This document shows positions 9,358 to 17,691 of a stretch of DNA of 64,000 nt, piece after piece (position 1 is the stretch's first letter; every line of letters starts with the position of its first letter). Source of the DNA: Clostridia bacterium (GTDB lineage Bacteria; Bacillota; Clostridia; UBA1381); NCBI GenBank assembly GCA_045655325.1, contig JAZOOY010000062.1:12401-76400 (forward strand). The letters are read 5' to 3'. The translations under genes were made by a program, and so were the position numbers. Below the pieces are notes generated by a model that did not search any database, was not told the DNA's origin, and saw only the letters and a list, made by a program, of their open reading frames with translations.

Positions 9358-9479
9358 AATGTGCAAATTAATTTGTAGAATGTGTAAATATTTTTTCTAC
9401 AAATATCTATACAATTAAAAAAAATGTGCTATAATTATTTATGCGGTGTTCGTAAATAAAATTGTAAGGAGGGAAGTAA

Positions 9480-10364
9480 ATGCAGGAAATTTTAGACGGC
9501 TTTGTCTTTTCGCTTGTGGGTGGACAGAAGAAATCCGGAAATACTATTTTGTCTTATAAGCGTGACATAGCTCACTATATTGCCTTTTTAAATGAAAAAG
9601 GAATATCCGATATAAAGAAAACCAACAGAACAACTGTTCTTACATATTTGCTTCTTCTTCAAAAGCAAGGAAGAGCGGCGTCAACCATTTCAAGAAGACT
9701 TGCATCACTTCGCTCTTTTTACGGATACATACAGGACAGCGGAGTTAAGATGAAAGATCCGACCCTTAATCTTGGAGCACCAAAGGTTTCGAGAAAGGTA
9801 CCGGGAGTTTTAACAACACAGGAAACAGAAATATTGCTTTCTATGCCAAAGCTTACAAGTCCCAAGGGGTATCGTGACCGAGCTATGCTTGAGGTTTTGT
9901 ATGCTACAGGTATAAAGGTATCAGAGCTTATTAACTTAAATCTTCAGGACGTTAATTTAAAGCAAGGATATATAACCTGCCGAAACGAAAGTCATACAAG
10001 AAATCTTCAAATGGGAAGAGCTGCAATATATGCACTTCGTGATTACATTGAAAAGGCAAGAAACACAATGATTCCGTCAGAAGATGTGAAAATATTGTTC
10101 TTAAACTGTAATGGCACAAAACTTTCAAGACAGGGTTTCTGGAAAATTCTTAAAGGCTATGGTAAAGAAGCGGGAATAAAGAAAGAAATAACACCATATA
10201 CATTAAGACATTCCTTTGCAATACATCTTATGGAAAATGGTGCAGACCTTAAGTTTGTTTCCCAAATGCTGGGATATACAGATTCTGCGGCTATGCAGGT
10301 TTATGCAGATATCTTGGATAGCGGAATGAGAGAAGAATACCAAAAAAGCCACCCAAGGGCATAA
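9480..10364 (+). CDS. xerD: site-specific tyrosine recombinase XerD-like
   Basis: N-terminal SAM-like domain (NTILSYKRDIAHYIAFL). Catalytic motifs RDRAMLEVLYATG, LRHSFAIHL, the Tyr in MQVY, and the C-terminal HPRA. Confidence 0.75.
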   Translation: MQEILDGFVFSLVGGQKKSGNTILSYKRDIAHYIAFLNEKGISDIKKTNRTTVLTYLLLLQKQGRAASTISRRLASLRSFYGYIQDSGVKMKDPTLNLGAPKVSRKVPGVLTTQETEILLSMPKLTSPKGYRDRAMLEVLYATGIKVSELINLNLQDVNLKQGYITCRNESHTRNLQMGRAAIYALRDYIEKARNTMIPSEDVKILFLNCNGTKLSRQGFWKILKGYGKEAGIKKEITPYTLRHSFAIHLMENGADLKFVSQMLGYTDSAAMQVYADILDSGMREEYQKSHPRA

Positions 10365-10401
10365 TGGTTTACATAATTATTACCAAAAATTAAAAAAAGC
10401 C

Positions 10402-10430
10402 TTGATTTTTCATTATAATAGTGTTATAAT
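10402..10430 (+). promoter_or_regulatory. sigma-A-type promoter upstream of the NahK-like gene
   Basis: TTGATT, 17 nt spacer, TATAAT. Confidence 0.45.
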
Positions 10431-10484
10431 AGTTCAGGTTTTGGAAGATATACGAAGAAATGTGAAATTTTTAAGGAGAAGGAA

Positions 10485-11552
10485 ATGGCTAATATCGATC
10501 TAAATGAGGTCCTCGCACATTTTGACATAAGGTCAAGAATCGAAGACTACGGAAACGGCCACATTAATGACACATACAGAACTTCTGCAAGTGACTGTAT
10601 ATTTCAGAGAATTAACACTAATGTATTTAAAGATCCAGATGCAATGATGGATAACATCGATAAGGTCACCACATTTTTAAGAGCAAAAATTGAAGCCGAA
10701 GGTGGAGATCCGGAACGTGAAACAATGACCGTTATCAAAACTCACGACGGAAAAAAATGTTATCACGTAGATGATCAGCATGTATATCGTGTGTACAAGT
10801 TTGTAGACAACACAAAGACAATCGAAGTTGGTACTGCAGAAGATATGTACCGTGCAGGTAGAGGTTTTGGAAAGTTCCAGAGACAGCTTGATGATTACCC
10901 TGCAGATACACTTCATGAAACGATTGCTGATTTCCACAATACACCTGACCGTATGAAAAAGTTTGAAGAAGCGGTTAGCAATGACATAGCAGGAAGAGCA
11001 AAAGACGTTCAGGAAGAAATTGCATTCGTAAGAGAATGTGCAAGCTTTACAAGTATTGTAACTGATGGTATTGCCGATGGTTCAATTCCACTACGAGTTA
11101 CTCATAACGATACAAAGATTAACAACATCCTATTTGATGCAGAATCAGGAGATGCAATTTGCGTAATTGACCTTGATACAGTTATGCCAGGTAGTGCACT
11201 TTATGATTTCGGTGATGCACTAAGAATCGGCGCATCAACTGCAGCAGAAGATGAAACAAATCTTGATCTTGTAACATTTGACGAAGAAATCTTCAATGCT
11301 TTTGCAAAGGGATATTTTGAAGAAATGGGCGGAAAGCTTACAGAAAGAGAAAAGGAACTTCTTCCATTCTCAGCAAAGCTTCTAACATTTGAATGCGGCG
11401 TAAGATTCTTAACAGACTATCTAAACGGCGATACATACTTCAAAATCCACAGAGAACACCATAACCTTGACAGAGCAAGAAACCAGTTCAAGCTTGTGCG
11501 TGACATCGCAGAAAAAGAAGAAAAACTTCTTGAAGTAATTAAAAGCCTATAA
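10485..11552 (+). CDS. nahK: N-acetylhexosamine 1-kinase-like phosphotransferase (APH family)
   Basis: Strong resemblance along the whole length to bifidobacterial NahK as I recall it: GNGHINDTY, YRVYKF, DGSIPLRVTHNDTKINNIL, IDLDTVMPGS, LLPFSAKLLTFECGVRFLTDYL. Confidence 0.6.
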   Translation: MANIDLNEVLAHFDIRSRIEDYGNGHINDTYRTSASDCIFQRINTNVFKDPDAMMDNIDKVTTFLRAKIEAEGGDPERETMTVIKTHDGKKCYHVDDQHVYRVYKFVDNTKTIEVGTAEDMYRAGRGFGKFQRQLDDYPADTLHETIADFHNTPDRMKKFEEAVSNDIAGRAKDVQEEIAFVRECASFTSIVTDGIADGSIPLRVTHNDTKINNILFDAESGDAICVIDLDTVMPGSALYDFGDALRIGASTAAEDETNLDLVTFDEEIFNAFAKGYFEEMGGKLTEREKELLPFSAKLLTFECGVRFLTDYLNGDTYFKIHREHHNLDRARNQFKLVRDIAEKEEKLLEVIKSL

Positions 11553-11558
11553 AAACTA

Positions 11559-11587
11559 AAACGAGGACGATGTCCTCGTTTTTTTTA
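11559..11587 (+). terminator. intrinsic terminator of the NahK-like gene
   Basis: ACGAGGAC-GAT-GTCCTCGT followed by an 8-T run. Confidence 0.8.
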
Positions 11588-11683
11588 TAATATAGGAAAT
11601 TGCGTAAACGCAATGACGTATATTACAAAATTGCTTCCTTATTCTCACGCCCGCAGGCGGGGCTTTTATCAAAAGCTTTTTTA
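11586..11683 (+). repeat. copy A of a ~98-nt intergenic repeat (candidate sRNA or REP-like element)
   Basis: Aligns with 25369-25467 with 4 substitutions and 1 single-nt indel, in the same orientation. Contains hairpins ATTGCG-TAAA-CGCAAT and CCCG-CAGG-CGGG. Confidence 0.85.
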
Positions 11684-12175
11684 TGTCCTTGCGCCTAAAA
11701 TATGTATTCCACGAATATTTGCATAGTTATAAGTGTTCAAATTCCGCTGAAATGCATCATTATCGTGAGCGCATATATAATAATTTCGTCTGCCACGTAC
11801 TGATTTAATCATTGTAAGTACAAGGGTATGATAAAATCTGCCGTTTCGATTACCAAGCTGAATAATATCGCCAGGCAGAAGCTGTTCAAGTGGCGAAACT
11901 TCTCCGTAAGGTCCTGTACTTTCATTATTTATCATAAAGTCATAAAAATACTCTACACCTGACCAGGACGGGGATTTGTCATTTCCTGAAATGTAGTACC
12001 ACCCGAATGTTGGGGTGTAGTTCATAACGCCAGTACCTGCAAAAACGCATTGCGACGCAAAGGAAGTGCAGTCACCTCCTAAATCTGCAAAATCATAGTA
12101 AGCAGGATTTCGTGCAAGTGCCCAACGCAGTGCATATCTTACAGCTTCACTTCTGTTATATTCAATCTCCGGCAT
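11681..12175 (-). CDS. putative amidase-domain protein (PF12671-like)
   Basis: 164 aa. The YALRWALARNPAYYDF..GGDCTSFASQCVFAG pattern, with a catalytic-type Cys, is typical of the putative amidase domain family. Confidence 0.5.
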   Translation of the reverse strand: MPEIEYNRSEAVRYALRWALARNPAYYDFADLGGDCTSFASQCVFAGTGVMNYTPTFGWYYISGNDKSPSWSGVEYFYDFMINNESTGPYGEVSPLEQLLPGDIIQLGNRNGRFYHTLVLTMIKSVRGRRNYYICAHDNDAFQRNLNTYNYANIRGIHILGART

Positions 12176-12187
12176 AAAAAACTCCTT

Positions 12188-12844
12188 TCATAATAATATC
12201 TTGGGAAGATTCCACTTAAAACGTGTGGCAAGCATTCTTAAAATAAAAGTCACCATTGCACTTATAACAAGGGAGTAGCTATATTTTATAGAAAACAGGT
12301 GCAAAATATAAAAAACTGTGCTACCCAAAAGTGCTGCTGATGCATAAATGTGTTTTCTTAATATGACAGGAATTCTCAAAATCATAATATCCCTTAAAAA
12401 CCCACCGCCTACGCCTGTTAGTGTACCAATCATCACCGACAAAAACATATTTTGTACATACCCTGATTCGATGGCGGTTTGAGTGCCTAAAGCAACAAAA
12501 ATGCCCAGCCCCAGGGCGTCGAATATGTTGTTTAACTTATCTATAAAATTTTCACGCCTGTAATACTCATCGCAGAAAAAATAGGCAAAAGAAAAAAGGA
12601 CAAGTCCTACAAGTGCGGCAATGAAAAAGTAGGTGGGTGCAAGAAATACTCTTGGTGGGATAAGCCCTAACAGAATATCCCGCATAACACCGCCACCTGT
12701 TGCAGTTGTTGCAGCAAGGATAATAACACCCAAAAGGTCAGTTTTTCGTGAAATCCCCGCCATTGCACCAGATGCGGCAAAGGCTGCAACACCGATAAAG
12801 GATAAAACGTTAGCAAAAACACGGGTATACAAAAGCTTCACCAC
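12188..12844 (-). CDS. trimeric intracellular cation channel (TRIC/UPF0126) family membrane protein
   Basis: 218 aa with two internal repeats containing GGGxxRD motifs (GGGVMRDILLG and GGGFLRDIM). Confidence 0.65.
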   Translation of the reverse strand: MVKLLYTRVFANVLSFIGVAAFAASGAMAGISRKTDLLGVIILAATTATGGGVMRDILLGLIPPRVFLAPTYFFIAALVGLVLFSFAYFFCDEYYRRENFIDKLNNIFDALGLGIFVALGTQTAIESGYVQNMFLSVMIGTLTGVGGGFLRDIMILRIPVILRKHIYASAALLGSTVFYILHLFSIKYSYSLVISAMVTFILRMLATRFKWNLPKILL

Positions 12845-12997
12845 CTTTTCCTATATAAATATATTTTAAAACAGTTTGGATATATTCTAAAAAAGCAGTC
12901 CCAATTTCTTAAATAATGGTTATAATGCATAAAATAGCCGTGTAAAAAAATATTGGAAAAAACAGGACAAAAAAATCGAAAAATAGAGAAATTTCTG

Positions 12998-13026
12998 TTG
13001 ACATAAAATTGGTTATATGGTACAAT
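12998..13026 (+). promoter_or_regulatory. sigma-A-type promoter upstream of xpt
   Basis: TTGACA, 17 nt spacer, TACAAT. Confidence 0.55.
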
Positions 13027-13097
13027 TTTTATATTACAGGAATGTAACATTTGTGTATATTTTATTACAGCAAGGGTGGGTGATTGGTATTAAAGCA

Positions 13098-13664
13098 ATG
13101 GAAGAGAAGATTCTTAAAGAAGGAGAAATCCTTCCGGGGAATATTCTTAAAGTTGGAAATTTCCTTAATCAGCAGATAGATACTGACTTTTTAAAGGAAA
13201 TAGGAAAAGAAATTGCCCGTCTTTTTAAGGATTCGGGAGTAAATAAAGTTTTCACCATAGAAGCGTCAGGGATTGCAATTGCAGTTGCTGCAGCTTATGA
13301 ACTTGGTGTTCCTGTTGTTTTTGCAAAGAAGAACAGGTCGGACAATATTTCGGGTGATATTTATGTTACAAAGGTGGATTCCTTTACTCATAAAACAACA
13401 AATACTATCGTAGTAAGTCGTGAATTTATAAAAAATGATGACAGAATACTGATAGTAGACGATTTCCTTGCAAATGGAAATGCACTAGTTGGTCTTTTAG
13501 ACATAGTTGAACAGGCAGGTGCCAAAGCGGTTGGTGCTGCTATTGCAATTGAGAAGGGATTCCAAAAAGGCGGAGATATGCTTCGCGAAAAAGGAATAAG
13601 GGTTGAGTCGCTGGCTATCATTGACCAAATGACAGATGACGGCATTGTGTTCAGAGCCCAGTAA
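13098..13664 (+). CDS. xpt: xanthine phosphoribosyltransferase
   Basis: Start moved to ATG 13098, giving MEEKILKEGEIL. Close resemblance to Bacillus Xpt (LKVGNFLNQQID, TIEASGIAIA, PRPP motif ILIVDDFLANG). Confidence 0.85.
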   Translation: MEEKILKEGEILPGNILKVGNFLNQQIDTDFLKEIGKEIARLFKDSGVNKVFTIEASGIAIAVAAAYELGVPVVFAKKNRSDNISGDIYVTKVDSFTHKTTNTIVVSREFIKNDDRILIVDDFLANGNALVGLLDIVEQAGAKAVGAAIAIEKGFQKGGDMLREKGIRVESLAIIDQMTDDGIVFRAQ

Positions 13665-13670
13665 AGTATG

Positions 13671-13689
13671 ATGTAAATTAAATTTACAT
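13671..13689. promoter_or_regulatory. perfect 9+1+9 palindrome between xpt and the BMP lipoprotein gene (candidate operator)
   Basis: ATGTAAATT-A-AATTTACAT. No T-run follows it, so it is not a canonical terminator. Confidence 0.35.
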
Positions 13690-13727
13690 AAATTAAAATT
13701 AGCCAAAAAGGCACGGAGGTAATTGTA

Positions 13728-14921
13728 ATGAAAAAAGTTTTATCATTGTTGATGGTAATGGTAATGTTAGTTGCTTCTTGTTTCGCACTAACAGGTTGCG
13801 GAAATCAGGCAGTATCTGAGGACCTAATGATTGGTTTCATCTTCTTACACGATGAAAACTCTACTTATGATAAGAACTTCATTGATGCAGCACTTGCAGC
13901 AAAAGAAGCTCTTGGCCTTTCAGATGAACAGGTACTAATGAAGACAAACATTCCTGAAACTGCTGAATGTTACGAAGCAGCTGCTGACCTTGTAGACGCA
14001 GGTTGTGACATCGTTTTTGCAGACAGCTTTGGTCACGAAGATTTCATGATTCAGGCAGCAAAAGAATTCCCAGATGTAGTATTCTGCCACGCAACAGGTA
14101 CAAAGGCTCACACAGAAGATCTTCCTAACTACTACAACGCATTTGCTTCAATTTACGAAGGCCGTTTCCTAGTAGGTTACGCTGCAGGTCTAAAGCTTAA
14201 CGAAATGATCGAAGCTGGCAAGATCACAGCTGATCAGGCTAAGATGGGTTACGTAGGTGCTTATCCATACGCAGAAGTTAAATCAGGTTACACATCATTC
14301 TTCCTTGGCGCAAGAGCTGCTTGCCCAAGCGTAACAATGAATGTTAAGTTCACAAACTCATGGTTTGACATTGCAGCAGAAAAAGAAACAGCAAACGCTC
14401 TAATCGCTGACGGTTGTGTTCTTATCAGCCAGCACGCTGACTCAGAAGGTGCTCCAAAGGCTTGTGAAGAAGCAGGCGTTCCAAACGTTGCATACAACCT
14501 TGACACACGTGATTGGGGCCCTAACACAGCTCTAATCACATCAAAGATTAACTGGCAGCCATACTTTGAACACATTGTTACAGCAACAGCTGAAGGTAAG
14601 GCAATCACACAGGATTTCTGTGGCGGTCTTGAAGAAGGCGTTGTTATGACACTTGGTCTAAACGATAAGGTTGCAGCTGAAGGAACAGAAGCTAAGCTTG
14701 AAGAAATCAAGGCTAAGCTTATCGCAGGCGAAATCAAGGTATTTGACACAGCTACATTTACAGTAGGCGGCAAGGCTCTTGATTCTTACCTTGCAGACGT
14801 TGATTCAGACGCAGCATTCACACCTGATACAGAAGTTATCGCTGACGGATACTTCCACGAATCAGAATATCGTTCAGCTCCATACTTTGACATCGATATC
14901 GATGGTATCACAATTAAATAA
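13728..14921 (+). CDS. BMP-family (PnrA/Med-like) nucleoside-binding ABC transporter lipoprotein
   Basis: Signal peptide with lipobox LTGC. BMP-family pattern. GGAGG SD. Followed by matching ABC components. Confidence 0.8.
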   Translation: MKKVLSLLMVMVMLVASCFALTGCGNQAVSEDLMIGFIFLHDENSTYDKNFIDAALAAKEALGLSDEQVLMKTNIPETAECYEAAADLVDAGCDIVFADSFGHEDFMIQAAKEFPDVVFCHATGTKAHTEDLPNYYNAFASIYEGRFLVGYAAGLKLNEMIEAGKITADQAKMGYVGAYPYAEVKSGYTSFFLGARAACPSVTMNVKFTNSWFDIAAEKETANALIADGCVLISQHADSEGAPKACEEAGVPNVAYNLDTRDWGPNTALITSKINWQPYFEHIVTATAEGKAITQDFCGGLEEGVVMTLGLNDKVAAEGTEAKLEEIKAKLIAGEIKVFDTATFTVGGKALDSYLADVDSDAAFTPDTEVIADGYFHESEYRSAPYFDIDIDGITIK

Positions 14922-14932
14922 GAAAATTTATA

Positions 14933-14974
14933 CCTCGGGTGGGCGTATGCCCATCCGGGGGTATTTTCATTTTG
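14933..14974 (+). terminator. intra-operon hairpin/attenuating terminator between the binding-protein and ATPase genes
   Basis: 12-bp stem CCTCGGGTGGGC-GTAT-GCCCATCCGGGG (includes G-U pairs), followed by a T-rich tract. Confidence 0.6.
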
Positions 14975-15047
14975 AAAAAAGGACACAAATCTGTATTTTT
15001 TTGAGAATGAAAAAATATTTGCTAGAAACACTTAAGGAGGGAATACT

Positions 15048-16583
15048 TTGAAGCCGGCAATTGAACTTAGAAACATTACTAAAACTTTTGGAAATGTGTA
15101 CGCTAATCGTGATGTTAATCTTACTGTTAATAAGGGTGAGATTTTGTCAATCCTTGGCGAAAACGGCAGTGGAAAAACAACTTTGATGAATATGATTTCA
15201 GGAATTTATTATCCTGATGAAGGTCAGATTTTTATTAACGGAGAAGAAGTTGTAATCCGCTCACCAAAGGACGCATTTGATTATAAAATAGGTATGATAC
15301 ATCAGCACTTTAAGTTGGTGGATGTATTTACTGCGGCTCAAAATGTTATTTTAGGTCTTGAAGATGAAAAAGGATTTAACCTAAAAGAAGCAGAGAAAAA
15401 GGTTGCAGAAATCGGCGAAAAATATGGCTTTATTGTTGACCCTAAAAAGAAAATTTACGAAATGTCTGTATCAGAAAAGCAGACAGTTGAAATAATCCGT
15501 GTTCTTTACCGTGGTGCTGATATTCTTATCTTGGATGAGCCTACTGCGGTATTAACACCACAGGAAGCACAGAAGCTTTTTGCAGTGCTTCGTCGTATGC
15601 GTGATGACGGCAAATCAATCGTAATTATCACTCATAAGCTTCACGAAGTTCTTTCTTTGTCTGACAGAGTTTCTGTACTACGAAAAGGTGAATATGTAGG
15701 AACAATTGAAACAAAGGCTGCCAATGAAAATATCCTTACCGAAATGATGGTTGGCAAAAAGGTTGAACTTAATATTGAACGTGACGAGCCACAAAACACA
15801 GAAGACAGACTTGTTGTTAATGGTCTCAACTGCAAAAACCGTGAAGGTGTGGACGTTCTTAAAAATATTTCTTTCACAGCAAAATCAGGCGAAATTTTAG
15901 GTATTGCCGGTATTGCAGGAAGTGGACAGCGAGAACTTTTAGAATCAATCGCAGGTCTTCAGCATCTTGAAAATGGCGAAATTCTATATAATGACCCTAA
16001 AAACAATAAAACAGAAAATTTAAGAGATAAAACACCTATGCAGATCCGCGATATGGGTGTAAGGCTTTCTTTTGTCCCTGAAGACAGACTTGGTATGGGT
16101 CTTGTTGGAAATATGGATATTGTGGACAATATGATGCTTAGAAGCTATCGTAAGGGTAAATCTGTATTCCTTGAGCGAAAGGGACCAAAGGACTTGGCAG
16201 AAGAGATTATACGCCGTTTGGAAGTGGCAACTCCATCTGCATCAACACCTGTAAGACGACTATCAGGTGGTAATGTGCAGAAAATTCTTGTTGGCCGTGA
16301 AATTTCATCATCACCAACAGTTTTGATGGCGGCATACCCTGTAAGAGGACTTGATATTAACTCATCATATACAATCTACAATCTTTTGAATGAACAAAAA
16401 CGCCTTGGTGCTGCTGTAATCTTCGTGGGCGAAGACCTTGACGTATTGGTAGAGCTTTGTGACCGTATTATGGTTCTATCTAGTGGTAGTATCAGTGGTA
16501 TTGTTGATGCAAGGACTACTACAAAAGAAGAAATAGGACTTTTGATGACAAAGAAAAAGGAGGTACAGGAAGATGAAAACTAA
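15048..16583 (+). CDS. ABC transporter ATP-binding protein with duplicated ATPase domains (nucleoside/sugar type)
   Basis: TTG start behind GGAGGG. Walker A GENGSGKTT. Signatures LSVSEKQ and LSGGNVQK. Walker B ILILDEPT. Confidence 0.85.
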   Translation: MKPAIELRNITKTFGNVYANRDVNLTVNKGEILSILGENGSGKTTLMNMISGIYYPDEGQIFINGEEVVIRSPKDAFDYKIGMIHQHFKLVDVFTAAQNVILGLEDEKGFNLKEAEKKVAEIGEKYGFIVDPKKKIYEMSVSEKQTVEIIRVLYRGADILILDEPTAVLTPQEAQKLFAVLRRMRDDGKSIVIITHKLHEVLSLSDRVSVLRKGEYVGTIETKAANENILTEMMVGKKVELNIERDEPQNTEDRLVVNGLNCKNREGVDVLKNISFTAKSGEILGIAGIAGSGQRELLESIAGLQHLENGEILYNDPKNNKTENLRDKTPMQIRDMGVRLSFVPEDRLGMGLVGNMDIVDNMMLRSYRKGKSVFLERKGPKDLAEEIIRRLEVATPSASTPVRRLSGGNVQKILVGREISSSPTVLMAAYPVRGLDINSSYTIYNLLNEQKRLGAAVIFVGEDLDVLVELCDRIMVLSSGSISGIVDARTTTKEEIGLLMTKKKEVQEDEN

Positions 16584-17691
16584 TGTTAAAAACACCAAAG
16601 AACCTCTTATTACCATAACATCAAGAGGCCGTGACTCTATGCCTATGAAAAAGGCTTGGGGAGTAAGAGCAGTTGCCATAATCCTGGCACTTATCCTATG
16701 TGCGGTTGTTATTGTTATGCTTACAGGCTACAACCCACTTAAAGTATATGCAGAGCTTTTTAAAGGCTCATTTGGGTCTACAAGAAAGATTTGGAATATG
16801 CTCCAAAAGCTTGCAATGCTTTTATGTATTTCTCTTGCAGTAACTCCTGCATTTAAAATGAAATTCTGGAACATCGGTGCTGAAGGTCAGACCTTAATGG
16901 GCGGACTTGCCGCAGCTGCTTGTATGATTTATTTTGGTGACAGCTTGCCACCTTTAGTATTCTATCCGTTAATGCTTGTTGCCTGTATTGCGGCTGGTCT
17001 TGTATGGGGACTTGTCCCTGCATATTTTAAGGCAAAGTTCAATACAAATGAAACACTTTTCACGCTGATGATGAACTATGTTGCAATGCAGCTTGTGTCA
17101 TTTTGTATAGTTTTTTGGGAAAACCCAAAAGACTCAAACACAGTGGGAGTTATCAATCGTGCTACAGAGGGCGGTTGGCTTCCTGAACTTTTCGGACAAA
17201 AATATCTTTTAAACATTCTTATCGTGGCTTTAATCACAGTGGGTATGTACATTTACCTAAAGTACTCAAAGCACGGCTACGAGATTTCCGTGGTTGGTGA
17301 GAGTGAAAATACTGCAAGATACGTTGGAATTAACGTCAAAAAGGTAATTCTTCGCACTATGGCAATTTCGGGTGCACTTTGCGGTATCGCAGGACTTTTG
17401 CTTGTTAGCGGAACCGACCATACCATAAACCGTGACATTGTTGGCGGTATGGGATTTACTGCTATTATGGTGTCCTGGCTTGCTAAATTCAATCCTGTAG
17501 TTATGTCACTAACATCGTTCTTAATCGTATTCTTAGAGCGTGGAGCAGGGGAAATTGCAACAAAATTCCAGCTTAATGAGAGTATGTCAGATATATTAAC
17601 AGGAATTATCTTGTTCTTTATCATCGGATGTGAATTCTTTATTCAGTATAAAGTTAATTTCCGTAAGAAAAATAAGGAGGAAAATGTATGA
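16573..17691 (+). CDS. ABC transporter permease (nucleoside/sugar type)
   Basis: Polytopic membrane protein overlapping the ATPase stop. Typical BPD-type permease of BMP systems. Confidence 0.8.
   Translation: MKTNVKNTKEPLITITSRGRDSMPMKKAWGVRAVAIILALILCAVVIVMLTGYNPLKVYAELFKGSFGSTRKIWNMLQKLAMLLCISLAVTPAFKMKFWNIGAEGQTLMGGLAAAACMIYFGDSLPPLVFYPLMLVACIAAGLVWGLVPAYFKAKFNTNETLFTLMMNYVAMQLVSFCIVFWENPKDSNTVGVINRATEGGWLPELFGQKYLLNILIVALITVGMYIYLKYSKHGYEISVVGESENTARYVGINVKKVILRTMAISGALCGIAGLLLVSGTDHTINRDIVGGMGFTAIMVSWLAKFNPVVMSLTSFLIVFLERGAGEIATKFQLNESMSDILTGIILFFIIGCEFFIQYKVNFRKKNKEENV

Noticed and set aside
9480-10364. Tyrosine recombinase considered as a marker of an integrated mobile element.
   Set aside because: It has XerD-type N- and C-termini (HPRA end) and the conserved spoIIM neighbourhood. 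There are no flanking direct repeats, no tRNA target and no cargo genes.
12838-13050. 70-aa minus-strand ORF across the xpt promoter region.
   Set aside because: It overlaps the TRIC gene start and the xpt promoter. It has an Asn/Phe/Tyr-rich AT-driven composition and no SD.
12998-13097. Expected a guanine/purine riboswitch in the xpt leader, as in Bacillus.
   Set aside because: The leader between the -10 box and the ATG is only ~70 nt. It lacks the conserved purine-riboswitch core (no UAUAAUCGCG, CUACCGGG or CCGUAAAU-like junction elements). A formal cmsearch would be decisive.
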